Positions 54,260 to 62,967 of a stretch of DNA of 62,967 nucleotides are shown here, in pieces. Source of the DNA: Chloroflexota bacterium (GTDB taxonomy: Bacteria; Chloroflexota; Dehalococcoidia; GIF9; UBA5629); contig JBBIPA010000003.1 of assembly GCA_037443085.1 (NCBI GenBank), positions 26,534 through 89,500 on the forward strand, read 5' to 3'. Numbering within the stretch: position 1 is the first letter of the stretch; each line of letters starts with the position of its first letter. Position numbers and translations under genes: made by a program. The notes beneath the pieces were generated by a model. The model ran no database searches. It saw only the letters and a program-made list of their open reading frames with translations, and had not been told where the DNA came from.

Positions 54260-55494
54260 GGGTTTCCTCCCTGAAGTAAGATTCTCCTCAACTCGAAGAG
54301 AACCGAGGTAATTGCTCTTTGTTTAATCTGGTGGCGTTGTCCTGGTACATTTCGCAAAAATCTATGTTTGTTTCTGCCATCATGAATACCTATGAATACG
54401 CTGCCAACTGGTTTATCCTCAGACGCTGTTGGTTCTAGCACTCCAGTAACGCCAATACCGATATCGGCATCAAAGTGCTCTCGTATTTTTATTGCCATTG
54501 CCTCAGCGACCTCAATGCTGGCAGAAGTATAGCGTGAAATGAGGTTAACATCAATCCCGAACGCTATTTGCGATTTGTCCGAGGATGTGATCAGGCCGCC
54601 TTTGAAGTACGATGAGCTGGCAGGAGCATTGGAAAGAGTCTGGGCCAGTAAGCCTCCAGTTTCCGATTCCATGGTAGCCAGGCTCAAGCTTTTTTCGATG
54701 AGGAGATTTCCGACGACGCCTTCAATAGTATCAGCATCTGTCCCCCAGATATAATCCTTCAGGATTGCTCTGATTTCACCTTCTCTTTGTGCTACCAGGT
54801 ATTCTGCCTCCTCCCTCTGTAGAGACTTGGCAGTGATGCGGATATGGATGCCATCACGCTTAGCATAAATGCCGAGAGTAGGGTTGGTGGAGATAAAAAA
54901 TGGACTGATCAGGTCGCCTACTCTGGCTTCGCCCAAGCCAAAGGTCTTGAGGGTTCTAGATAGAATAATGCCAGACTTTACTCTTTTTGCTAGTCTGGGT
55001 AACACTTCATTAGTCCACATATGTTGCATTTCGTGAGGTGGGCCAGGCATGGCTGTGATAATATGTCCATCCCTCTCTATCCACCAACCGGGGGCTGTGC
55101 CTCTGGGATTGTCGAGTGTCTGTGCCGAAGGAATCACCGCCGCCTGTTTCACGTTGCTCTGTGGCATATCAAGCTTACGATGGCAGAAGAACGCCTGCAT
55201 TTTCTGTACCAGGAGGGGATCGATAGTGATTTCTTCGTGAAGCAGTTCGGCAATGGATTCCCGAGTAATATCGTCTTGGGTAGGACCTAACCCGCCGGTG
55301 GTGATAATAAGGTCTGCTCTCCGCCATGCCTGTCCAAGGGTGCTGACCAGCCTTTGCTGATTGTCGCCGACTGTGGATATAAAATAGAGGTCGATTCCGA
55401 GTGACGGAAGTTGGCTGGCAAGGTAACTGGCATTGGTATCAGTTATCTCACCCAGGAGCAGTTCAGTACCGATGGAAATTATTTCTGCCTTCAT
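54250..55494 (-). CDS. cinA: CinA family protein (MoCF-biosynthesis-like domain + PncC nicotinamide-nucleotide amidase domain)
   Basis: MKAEIISIGTELLLGEITDTNASYLA N-terminus, TTGGLGPTQDD, C-terminal ESETGGLLA. Confidence 0.92.
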   Translation of the reverse strand: MKAEIISIGTELLLGEITDTNASYLASQLPSLGIDLYFISTVGDNQQRLVSTLGQAWRRADLIITTGGLGPTQDDITRESIAELLHEEITIDPLLVQKMQAFFCHRKLDMPQSNVKQAAVIPSAQTLDNPRGTAPGWWIERDGHIITAMPGPPHEMQHMWTNEVLPRLAKRVKSGIILSRTLKTFGLGEARVGDLISPFFISTNPTLGIYAKRDGIHIRITAKSLQREEAEYLVAQREGEIRAILKDYIWGTDADTIEGVVGNLLIEKSLSLATMESETGGLLAQTLSNAPASSSYFKGGLITSSDKSQIAFGIDVNLISRYTSASIEVAEAMAIKIREHFDADIGIGVTGVLEPTASEDKPVGSVFIGIHDGRNKHRFLRNVPGQRHQIKQRAITSVLFELRRILLQGGNPCT

Positions 55495-55515
55495 TATCTG
55501 GATCTGCCATAATAA

Positions 55516-56811
55516 TTAGCACCTGATTGTGGAAATGCCTAGGTATTTTTCTACCAGTGCCATAGCACAATAATCACCGCACATGCTGCAAGCTGGCCCA
55601 CGCGTAGCATACTTATTATGCATCTGGCGCACTCGCTCAGGGTCAAGAGATAGCTCGGCCTGGCTTGCCCAATCGAGTTTCTTGCGTGCAGCTGACATCT
55701 TCTTATCCCAGTCGCTGGTGTGAGATATGCCTTTGGCTACGTCAGCAGCATGAGCTGCAATGCGCGAAGCGATTACACCTTGTTTTACATCATCTATATC
55801 GGGCAATGAGAGATGCTCTGCTGGCGTCACATAGCACAGGAAATCGGCTCCGGCAAGTCCAGCGAGGGCTCCTCCGATGGCTCCAGTAATATGGTCATAA
55901 CCGGCCCCAATATCAGTTACTAGAGGACCAAGTACATAGAACGGTGCTTCGTGGCAGAGGCTTTTTTCTAGCTGGACATTTGTCACAATTTGATTAAGGG
56001 GCACATGTCCCGGACCCTCCACCATTACTTGCACTCCAGCTTCTCTAGCACGATCTACAAGTTCTCCCAGAACAATTAATTCTTCTATCTGTGCCCTATC
56101 CGTAGCGTCGGCGAGGCTACCAGGGCGCATACCATCTCCCAGACTTAAAGTAGTATCGAATTGTCGTGCTAAATCCAGGAGCCGGTCATAGTGTTCATAG
56201 AGGGGATTTTCTTTGTTATGGTAGAGCATCCAGCCGATGATAAAAGCTCCACCACGGGATACCACATCGGTCAGTCTGCCCTGTTGCTTCAGGCGGGCTA
56301 TCGCTGCTTGTGTGACGCCGCAGTGAAGTGTCATGAAGTCAACACCATCTTGGGCTTGCTGTTCAATCACTGCAAACAGATTGTCAATAGTCATGTTGAC
56401 AATAGCACCATGTTGTTCAATGGACTCGATGCCTATTTGATATATAGGTACAGTTCCTACAGGCACAGTGCTGGCAGCGATAATGGCTCGGCGTATGGCA
56501 GAGATATTCCCTCCCGTGCTTAAATCCATGATCGCGTTAGCACCAAATTGAACGGCCACTCGCAGTTTTTCTAACTCTGAATCTATTGTGCCATAATCTG
56601 ATGACACACCGATGTTGGCATTGACTTTAATAGTCAATTCTTTACCAATGCCGCAGGGAACGAGGTTAGCATGGTTCATGTTGGCGGGGATTACAATTTT
56701 GCCTTCTGCTACATGCTGCAGGACAGTTTCTTCCGGGACGTTCTCATGCTGGGCGACCTGTTGCATTTGAGAAGAGAGGATACCCTTTTTTGCCAGTTCT
56801 AACTGTGTCAT
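55516..56811 (-). CDS. thiC: Phosphomethylpyrimidine synthase ThiC
   Basis: Start at the internal ATG ([11 protein letters not shown]), preceded by AGGAGA. Radical-SAM-like C-terminal [13 protein letters not shown] riboswitch lies upstream. Confidence 0.96.
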   Translation of the reverse strand: MTQLELAKKGILSSQMQQVAQHENVPEETVLQHVAEGKIVIPANMNHANLVPCGIGKELTIKVNANIGVSSDYGTIDSELEKLRVAVQFGANAIMDLSTGGNISAIRRAIIAASTVPVGTVPIYQIGIESIEQHGAIVNMTIDNLFAVIEQQAQDGVDFMTLHCGVTQAAIARLKQQGRLTDVVSRGGAFIIGWMLYHNKENPLYEHYDRLLDLARQFDTTLSLGDGMRPGSLADATDRAQIEELIVLGELVDRAREAGVQVMVEGPGHVPLNQIVTNVQLEKSLCHEAPFYVLGPLVTDIGAGYDHITGAIGGALAGLAGADFLCYVTPAEHLSLPDIDDVKQGVIASRIAAHAADVAKGISHTSDWDKKMSAARKKLDWASQAELSLDPERVRQMHNKYATRGPACSMCGDYCAMALVEKYLGISTIRC

Positions 56812-56820
56812 ATTTCTCCT

Positions 56821-56866
56821 AAAACAAAAAACCAAGAGCCCAACTAGGTAATGCTAACTCTTGGTT
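56821..56866 (-). terminator. Riboswitch expression-platform terminator
   Basis: Minus strand reads AACCAAGAG-N19-CUCUUGGUU followed by UUUUUGUUUU, directly upstream of the thiC RBS. Confidence 0.8.
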
Positions 56867-56870
56867 CGAT

Positions 56871-56974
56871 GCCGCTTCCCTACGCTCGAATTACCAAGAT
56901 CAGGTTCCCAGGGTTCTCTGTGATTACAGAGTCTCAGCCTCAGGTACTAAACTTGTCTGAGCACCCCTAGCGGC
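56871..56974 (-). promoter_or_regulatory. TPP (THI-box) riboswitch aptamer
   Basis: Minus strand reads GCCGC-UAGGGGUGC...GGCUGAGA...ACCCUGGGAACCUGAUCUUGGUAAUUCGAGCGUAGGGAA-GCGGC, which carries the conserved THI-box elements and a P1 helix GCCGC/GCGGC. Confidence 0.93.
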
Positions 56975-57098
56975 GAGCAAAATATATTCGTTTGACTTAC
57001 TATAGCATAAGAGAGTAGGGAAACACAAGAAAATGCAAGACAACTTCCATAGTCCCATTGCCGTATGCTACAATTTTTCTGTACTATGGAGTGTATCT

Positions 57099-57473
57099 AT
57101 GCCATTATATGAATACTGGTGTCACAAGTGCCGCCGCAAAGTCACCCTGTATCTTCCCATATCATCGCAAGCTACGCCGGCCTGTCCGGAATGCCAGGGC
57201 AATACCCTCCAGCGGTTATTCTCGACCTTCGCCATGCGTAAGACAGACAAAGACATCTATGAAGACATACTTGGTGATTCCCAGTTAACCAGAGCAATGC
57301 TGAGAAACGACCCCAAGGCACTGGCAGAGTGGAACAAACGAATGAGCCGGGGCGAAAAAGTAGCTCCGGAATATGAAGACATAGTGGGAAAAATGAAAAG
57401 GGGTGAGATGCCCGCCGAAACAGCAGGCAAACCAAAGACTAGGAAAAAGCCAACCAGGAAGAAGAGGCAATAG
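57099..57473 (+). CDS. FmdB-family zinc-ribbon protein, paralog 1
   Basis: 124 aa from the internal ATG, with MPLYEYWCHKCRRK...CPECQG and a Lys/Arg-rich tail. A TTCCAT-18-TACAAT promoter lies just upstream. Confidence 0.75.
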   Translation: MPLYEYWCHKCRRKVTLYLPISSQATPACPECQGNTLQRLFSTFAMRKTDKDIYEDILGDSQLTRAMLRNDPKALAEWNKRMSRGEKVAPEYEDIVGKMKRGEMPAETAGKPKTRKKPTRKKRQ

Positions 57474-57475
57474 CT

Positions 57476-57850
57476 ATGCCGATTTACGAGTTTTTCTGCC
57501 CCGATTGCCGAAAAAGGGTAAGCTTCCTTATCAGAGGCTGGGCATCCCCGGCTGACCTCAAATGCTCTCTATGCGGTAATGGTCATTTGATGCGCACCAT
57601 CTCTGGCTTTGCCGTGGGCAAATCGCTCAAAACGGTATGGGAGGATAGCGGCGAGCCGACTATGTTCCCCAGTCCAGACTCTTATCAAGACCCGCGCAAT
57701 ATCGGCAGATGGGCAGAAAAAAGGTTCAAGGAGATGGGCATAGAAATGCCCGGCGAACTCCAGGAAAAGATTAACTCTGCCAGGGAAGGCGAGCTGCCCG
57801 ACTCGTTGAAGGACTTAAAAAATGCCACGCCAGACGCTTCGTATCATTGA
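57476..57850 (+). CDS. FmdB-family zinc-ribbon protein, paralog 2
   Basis: 124 aa with MPIYEFFCPDCRKR...CSLCG. It starts 2 nt after paralog 1. Confidence 0.75.
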   Translation: MPIYEFFCPDCRKRVSFLIRGWASPADLKCSLCGNGHLMRTISGFAVGKSLKTVWEDSGEPTMFPSPDSYQDPRNIGRWAEKRFKEMGIEMPGELQEKINSAREGELPDSLKDLKNATPDASYH

Positions 57851-58898
57851 CGCCAACTGCAATCGCATCGGCGAAGGGTTGCGCTTCCTGGAAGATGTGG
57901 CTCGCTTTGTCCTAGGCGATGCCTCCCTCAGCAAGAAGCTCAGGGCAATACGTCATAACGTTATCACAAACGTGAGCCAACTGGGAGTAAAACTCATCTC
58001 GGCAAGGGATTCCAAAAGCGATGTCGGGGCTAATGCCGCATCTCTAGGCAAACAGCAAGGTTTGTCATCGCTGGTCACCGCCAATGCCAGAAGGGTGGAG
58101 GAAGGGCTGCGGGTGCTGGAGGAGCTTGCCAAACTGTCAGACATAAACCAGGTTATTGACTCAAGCCGCTTTCAACGAGCCAGATTTGACCTCTACACCA
58201 TAGAAAAAGAGCTGTTGTCGAAGATACTGCGCCAACAAAAGATAGTACTACTGAAGGGTCTCTATGTCATCGTGGATATGCAAGTCCTGGGAAGCAGGGA
58301 TGCCGTCGAAGCAGCAGCACAAACCATCCGCGGTGGAGCAAGAATTATACAACTCCGCGATAAGCACAGCGAAAAAGGCAAACTCCTGGATATCGCCCGG
58401 AAACTTAAAGATTTATGCCAGAAGTCGAAAACACTCTTTATAATCAACGACCACCTCGATATAGCTCTGGCTGTTGCTGCCGACGGGCTGCATATCGGGC
58501 AGGAGGATTTGCCATTGTCTGTAGCCCGAAGGGAATTGCCCATTGATAAAATCATTGGCTGTTCCGCAACAAACCTGAAACAAGCCCTGAAAGCCGAGCA
58601 GGAAGGTGCAGATTACATCGCCGTTGGCGCTATCTTCCCCACACCTACCAGAAGAGATTACGAGGTAGTCGGCATAGAGCGCCTTCAGCAGGTCAAACAG
58701 AGAATTTCTATCCCGGTAGTTGCTATCGGCGGCATTAGCAGAGATAATATCACAGAAGTAATGACGGCTGGTGCTGATGCCGCTGCTATTATCAGCGCCA
58801 TTCTAAATCAAGAAGATATAGAAAAGGCAGCCCGGGAAATGGTGAACAAAATTGCGTCAAAAAGAAAAGGCAACAGGAAATCTGGAAAAAATCGCTGA
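57822..58898 (+). CDS. thiE: Thiamine-phosphate synthase ThiE with an N-terminal extension domain
   Basis: The C-terminal about 210 aa are ThiE (IQLRDKH, FIINDHLDIAL, GLHIGQEDLP, YIAVGAIFPT, VVAIGGI). The N-terminal about 140 aa (RIIDANCNRIGEGLRFLEDVARF) are the extension seen in long ThiE forms. Confidence 0.88.
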   Translation: MPRQTLRIIDANCNRIGEGLRFLEDVARFVLGDASLSKKLRAIRHNVITNVSQLGVKLISARDSKSDVGANAASLGKQQGLSSLVTANARRVEEGLRVLEELAKLSDINQVIDSSRFQRARFDLYTIEKELLSKILRQQKIVLLKGLYVIVDMQVLGSRDAVEAAAQTIRGGARIIQLRDKHSEKGKLLDIARKLKDLCQKSKTLFIINDHLDIALAVAADGLHIGQEDLPLSVARRELPIDKIIGCSATNLKQALKAEQEGADYIAVGAIFPTPTRRDYEVVGIERLQQVKQRISIPVVAIGGISRDNITEVMTAGADAAAIISAILNQEDIEKAAREMVNKIASKRKGNRKSGKNR

Positions 58899-59493
58899 GA
58901 AGATACGGCTTAACTTCTCAGCCAAAGACGCCACCAGAGAGAAGGCGTTACGCCTGTGTCGGGACATAATCCGCCACAGCGCCAATACCATCCGCATTGT
59001 GCATAGGCGGGAATACGCCGAGGCAAAACAACAACTGCGATTAGCCGCCGCCCTGCTCCAGGAATTAAATCAAGAAATAAAAGACAGCAACAACGACTTT
59101 TTCTCGGCTGGCTTTGTCCATGATGCCCAGAAGGAATTTGTCGAAGCCAGCATCATCCTGGCCATTATCAACTCCGAGCCGATTCCGACTCCAGAGAAAC
59201 TACAGGTAAACTATCCCGCTTATCTCCACGGTATTGCTGAGGCTACCGGAGAATTAAGGCGCTATCTCCTGGACAGCTTGAGGAGAAATGATTTCAGCCG
59301 GTGCGAAGAATTACTATCTGTTATGGACGATATTTATGCTATGCTGATAACCATGGACTTCCCGGATGCCATTACCTACGGCTTAAGGAGAACCACCGAT
59401 AATGTCCGGGGTATCTTGGAAAAAACCCGTGGTGACCTGACCCTGGCTTTAAGGCAAAAAAGGCTTGAAGAAAGGTTAAAGTCAAAGAAGTAA
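58852..59493 (+). CDS. Translin-family-like helical protein (COG2178-like); start uncertain (TTG)
   Basis: 213 aa, all-helical. The pattern REKALRLCRDIIRHS...HDAQKEFVEA...YLHGIAEATGELRR...MDFPDA resembles archaeal/bacterial translin-like proteins (from memory). Confidence 0.5.
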   Translation: MRQKEKATGNLEKIAEKIRLNFSAKDATREKALRLCRDIIRHSANTIRIVHRREYAEAKQQLRLAAALLQELNQEIKDSNNDFFSAGFVHDAQKEFVEASIILAIINSEPIPTPEKLQVNYPAYLHGIAEATGELRRYLLDSLRRNDFSRCEELLSVMDDIYAMLITMDFPDAITYGLRRTTDNVRGILEKTRGDLTLALRQKRLEERLKSKK

Positions 59494-59709
59494 GTTTGGA
59501 AATCCGAAATTTTCTGCTTGATTAGTAAAAAGCCCTTGCAGAATTACCTCAAATATAGTAAATTATCACCTCGGCATTAAGCTGGCTTTCATAACACAGG
59601 AGCTAACTTTTTCAGAATAGCTCCTTTATTGTGCCCTTGAGAACCAGGTTGTTGCAGCAAAGAGTATTCTCCTAAGCATAAAACATAAAAAACATAGAAA
59701 GGAGTGCGT

Positions 59710-61794
59710 ATGGACTACCTAATCTGGATAGCCGTGGTAAGTGCTATCATTGGGGGCTGCGTGGTGGGCTACTTCGCCCGCTACGTACTACGACAATCCC
59801 AAGGAACTGAACGGATCAAGGAAATCTCGAGCGCCATAAAGGAAGGGGCGATGGCATTCATTCATCGGGAATACCGTACTGAAGCCATCGTTGTCGTCAT
59901 TGTAGCCATAATCCTAGGTCTGTTAGGATTCATTAGCCCTGATTTGAGCTGGAAAGTAGCAATTGCGTTTATTTTTGGCGCAATCTGTTCTCTGGGCGCT
60001 GGTTATGCTGGCATGAGCATGGCAGTGAGAACCAATGGCAGAACCACTGCGGGCGCAGAGAAAAGCCTTAACCAGGGACTTCGTGTCTCTTTCCGAGGCG
60101 GGGCAGTGATGGGACTCACCGTAGTCAGCATTGGAGTGCTGGGCATTTCTATCCTGCATCTCATCTGGCATAACGACCCCTTTTACATAACTATTCTTCC
60201 TGCATATGCCACTGGAGCTTCATTAGTAGCACTCTTCGCCAGGGTGGGAGGAGGCATCTTTACAAAAGGAGCCGACGCCGGCTCTGACCTGGTAGGCAAG
60301 ATTGAAGCAGGAATACCGGAAGACGACCCCAGAAATGCCGCCGTCATTGCCGACTTTGTCGGCGATAACGTTGGTGACGTCTGCGGCATGGGTGCCGACC
60401 TTTTTGAATCCTATGTTGAAGCCATTATCGCTACTATTACTTTGGGCGCGCTGGCCGTAGGTATGCAAATAGTCTCAAACAATCAAATCGCCTGGTACCT
60501 CCCAATACTCATCTGTGCTGGTGGCATAATTGCCTCAGTAATTGGAAGCTTCCTGGTACAGGTTGGAGAAAAGCCAGAAATGAGTGCTCTGCTTGGAGCG
60601 CTGCGACGAGGTACACTTAGTGCCTCGATATTAAGCGCCGTGTTCGCCTTCCTCATCATATATTTCGTAGGAGGCGTTAATAATCTCGGAATTTTCTGGG
60701 CAATGTTGGCTGGGCTTATTGCCGGCGTGCTTATGGGTGAAAGCACTAACTACTTCACCTCCTATGTTTTCAAGCCGACAAGAGACATTTCACAGGCTTC
60801 GACCTTCGGAGCTGGTGCTACCATCATACGTGGCTTCGCCACCGGGATGATGAGTACCTGGCCAGTGGTATTACTGGTAGTTATTGCTACTATCGTAGCT
60901 TTTTATTTCGCCAGCTTTTACGGCGTGGCCATAGCAGCCGTTGGTATGCTTTCTACTCTGGGGGTAACCCTAGCCACCGATGCTTACGGCCCCATAGCCG
61001 ATAATGCTGGAGGCATCAGCACCATGGCAGGATTGCCAGCCGATGTCCGAGAAAAGACTGATGCTCTGGACTCTCTGGGTAATACCACCGCAGCCACAGG
61101 CAAGGGCTTTGCCATCGGCGCTGCAGTTCTCAATGCCCTGGGACTCACCCTTTCCTACGGCCTAGCAGCAGGATTAGTAACAGTTACGCCCAGTGGAGGA
61201 ATAGAAGCATCAGCAGCACTGAGTATATTGAGTGCGCCATTGATTGCTGGCGTTTTCATCGGCGCCATGCTCCCCGCTGTCTTTGTTGCCATGACTATGC
61301 AATCGGTGGGCGTCACCACAGGATACATTGTCAACGAAGTAAGACGACAATGGAGTGAAATACCGGGATTAAAAGAAGGCACAGCCAAACCACAGTATGG
61401 CAAATGCGTGGACATCTGTACCAGGGCAGCGCTTAAGCAAATGCTCGCACCTTCAATCATGACCATAGTCGCTCCTATCATCGTAGGCCTCGTATTAGGT
61501 AAATATGCTCTGGGCGGCTTCCTGCTGGGCTCCCTCGCCATTGGTTTTATCATCGCAGTAGCCATCAATAATGCCGGCGGCGCCTGGGATAACGCCAAGA
61601 AATTTATCGAGGCTGGCAACTTCGGAGGAAAAGGCTCAGACGCTCACAAAGCAGCAGTGGTGGGAGACACCACCGGTGACCCCATGAAAGATACTGCCGG
61701 GCCATCGCTTAACATCATGATAAAGTTAATGGCAGTAATTTCGCTGTTATTAGCTCCGTTACTGTCACAATTCCCCGGACTTCTGGCAATCTAA
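59710..61794 (+). CDS. hppA: Membrane-bound pyrophosphate-energised cation pump (K+-dependent type)
   Basis: GGGIFTKGADAGSDLVGK, DNVGDVCGMGADLFES, GNTTAATGKG (Ala rather than Lys implies the K+-dependent class), DTTGDPMKDT. ATG at 59710 lies 6 nt after AGGAG. Confidence 0.95.
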   Translation: MDYLIWIAVVSAIIGGCVVGYFARYVLRQSQGTERIKEISSAIKEGAMAFIHREYRTEAIVVVIVAIILGLLGFISPDLSWKVAIAFIFGAICSLGAGYAGMSMAVRTNGRTTAGAEKSLNQGLRVSFRGGAVMGLTVVSIGVLGISILHLIWHNDPFYITILPAYATGASLVALFARVGGGIFTKGADAGSDLVGKIEAGIPEDDPRNAAVIADFVGDNVGDVCGMGADLFESYVEAIIATITLGALAVGMQIVSNNQIAWYLPILICAGGIIASVIGSFLVQVGEKPEMSALLGALRRGTLSASILSAVFAFLIIYFVGGVNNLGIFWAMLAGLIAGVLMGESTNYFTSYVFKPTRDISQASTFGAGATIIRGFATGMMSTWPVVLLVVIATIVAFYFASFYGVAIAAVGMLSTLGVTLATDAYGPIADNAGGISTMAGLPADVREKTDALDSLGNTTAATGKGFAIGAAVLNALGLTLSYGLAAGLVTVTPSGGIEASAALSILSAPLIAGVFIGAMLPAVFVAMTMQSVGVTTGYIVNEVRRQWSEIPGLKEGTAKPQYGKCVDICTRAALKQMLAPSIMTIVAPIIVGLVLGKYALGGFLLGSLAIGFIIAVAINNAGGAWDNAKKFIEAGNFGGKGSDAHKAAVVGDTTGDPMKDTAGPSLNIMIKLMAVISLLLAPLLSQFPGLLAI

Positions 61795-61831
61795 TTCAGC
61801 AATAAATTAACAGCAAGGAAGTTAAAATAAG

Positions 61832-61867
61832 ATAAGCCCTCTCTCGCTTAAGCGAGAGAGGGCTTAT
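61832..61867. terminator. Perfect 16-bp palindrome (ATAAGCCCTCTCTCGC-ttaa-GCGAGAGAGGGCTTAT) between convergent genes
   Basis: Seen directly. It lies 38 nt after the hppA stop and 34 nt after the stop of the minus-strand MBL gene. Its stem sequence resembles the 36345-36372 element. Confidence 0.7.
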
Positions 61868-61900
61868 TACTTGTCTGCAGCTAACCAGATAATCTCTTCC

Positions 61901-62530
61901 TTATTCGTGCAGAAAAGGATTCCTCCCCCGTTCAGCACCAATAGTAGTTTCCGGCCCATGACCGGGAAGGACAATAGTCTCATCGGGCAGCATCATCAGC
62001 TTATTTCGGATGCTGGCCATAAGCTGAGCATGGCTACAGCCGGGAAAGTCAGTCCTGCCAACACTCAAATTAAAAAGGGTATCCCCGCTAAAGACAACAC
62101 CATGTCCGACCAGACTAATCCCACCACGGCTATGACCGGGAGTATGCAGAACAGTAAATTTCAGCTCGTCTATATCTATAACATCGCCATCTCTGAGCAA
62201 CCTGTCCGGTTTGACTGGCTTGCTGATAGAACCTGCCATCATACTGCCCAACGTCTGATTAAGAGCCTGACTTGCCCCTTCCGCCTCGGCCTCGTGTATG
62301 GCAAATTTAGCCCCGGTAGCGTCTTTCACTGGCTTTAAAGCACCAGTATGGTCAAAATGGGCATGAGTAATTACTATCCAGACTATGGACAGCCCCAGCT
62401 TTTCCACCATATTCAGAATATTCTTCGGCTCGGCACCAGGGTCAATTATCATCCCCGATTTACCAGTATCTGAACCAACAATATAACAGTTAGTTTCGTA
62501 CATTCCCAAAGCAAGAGTTTTTAATATCAT
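61901..62530 (-). CDS. MBL-fold hydrolase (GloB/hydroxyacylglutathione hydrolase-like)
   Basis: 209 aa with ITHAHFDHTG, HTPGHSRG, SGDTLF, LPGHG. Confidence 0.85.
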   Translation of the reverse strand: MILKTLALGMYETNCYIVGSDTGKSGMIIDPGAEPKNILNMVEKLGLSIVWIVITHAHFDHTGALKPVKDATGAKFAIHEAEAEGASQALNQTLGSMMAGSISKPVKPDRLLRDGDVIDIDELKFTVLHTPGHSRGGISLVGHGVVFSGDTLFNLSVGRTDFPGCSHAQLMASIRNKLMMLPDETIVLPGHGPETTIGAERGRNPFLHE

Positions 62531-62659
62531 TTCGTCTCCTGAAAAACAGCGTTCTCTTTACATTTTTTAAGCTCAAAAGCACCAGTTAACTTACTTCAAC
62601 TGATTGATAATTTATTTCACCAGATGTTCCGCAAAGTGGTTAAATGATTTATGGGGTTA

Positions 62660-62967
62660 TTAGCCCCAGGTTTCAAGCTCAGACTTGCCAGCTTCGATGA
62701 ACTCCAGATAGCCAGAGGCAAGTTTATCTATCTGCGATGCTTCCCGGTCTATTTCATAAGGCTCGCCAGCAAATATCTTTCCATATTTCTCTACTCTGCC
62801 CTGCAATTTACCAGTTTCGCAAAATAGTTTTTGGCGAGCATCAATAATCCCCAGATCGAAAGGCAGAGTGAAGTACAGGTCTGCAATAACCTTATCCATT
62901 CCGAATTCATTCAAAGACCCCCAGCCACCCGAGGCATCACCTTTGTATTTGCTCACAGGCAATAGAC
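62660..62967 (-). CDS. Hypothetical protein, C-terminal fragment (gene continues beyond the window end)
   Basis: ORF is open to the window edge and I recognised no family. Confidence 0.5.
   Translation of the reverse strand, partial: LLPVSKYKGDASGGWGSLNEFGMDKVIADLYFTLPFDLGIIDARQKLFCETGKLQGRVEKYGKIFAGEPYEIDREASQIDKLASGYLEFIEAGKSELETWG

Overview
A 62,967-bp, densely coding chromosomal segment with about 60 protein genes, 7 tRNAs, 2 decayed genes, one clear TPP riboswitch and several families of small palindromic intergenic repeats. I saw no transposase, integrase, phage, CRISPR or recognisable defence genes. Gene content and repeat types suggest an anaerobic Chloroflexota (Dehalococcoidia-like) genome, but that is a low-confidence guess from memory.

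Layout:
- 1-4.6 kb: the classical thrS-infC-rpmI-rplT-pheS-pheT block on the minus strand.
- 6-15.7 kb: DNA/RNA housekeeping genes (UDG, RNase J, FtsK, UvrB, RuvA, RuvC, YebC), interrupted by an AT-rich orphan gene bracketed by related hairpins.
- 16.6-20.7 kb: an acyl-CoA locus with an HMG-CoA-synthase-like/DUF35 fusion that appears to lack its catalytic triad, an SCP-x type thiolase, an orphan biotinyl carrier and an acyl-CoA dehydrogenase.
- 22.6-29.8 kb: a signalling region with 2 histidine kinases, 5 receiver proteins and a cNMP-binding protein, plus a frameshifted serine hydrolase.
- 30-38 kb: an FdhA-like subunit, NuoE, a NuoF-GltD fusion, MetV and MetF. I rate this the most interesting system. 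It may be an uncharacterised NAD(P)H/ferredoxin-linked electron-input module for methylene-THF reductase.
- 38.5-41 kb: envelope proteins, followed by a 6-tRNA cluster at 41.0-41.6 kb.
- 42-51 kb: transporters, RNase III, PepA, a decayed MBL-fold pseudogene and tRNA-Gln.
- 51.7-59.5 kb: a polyamine/thiamine block (speB, speH-like, cinA, thiC behind a TPP riboswitch, two Zn-ribbon paralogs, thiE).
- 59.7-61.8 kb: a membrane pyrophosphatase.

All functional calls rest on motif recognition by eye. No database search was run.
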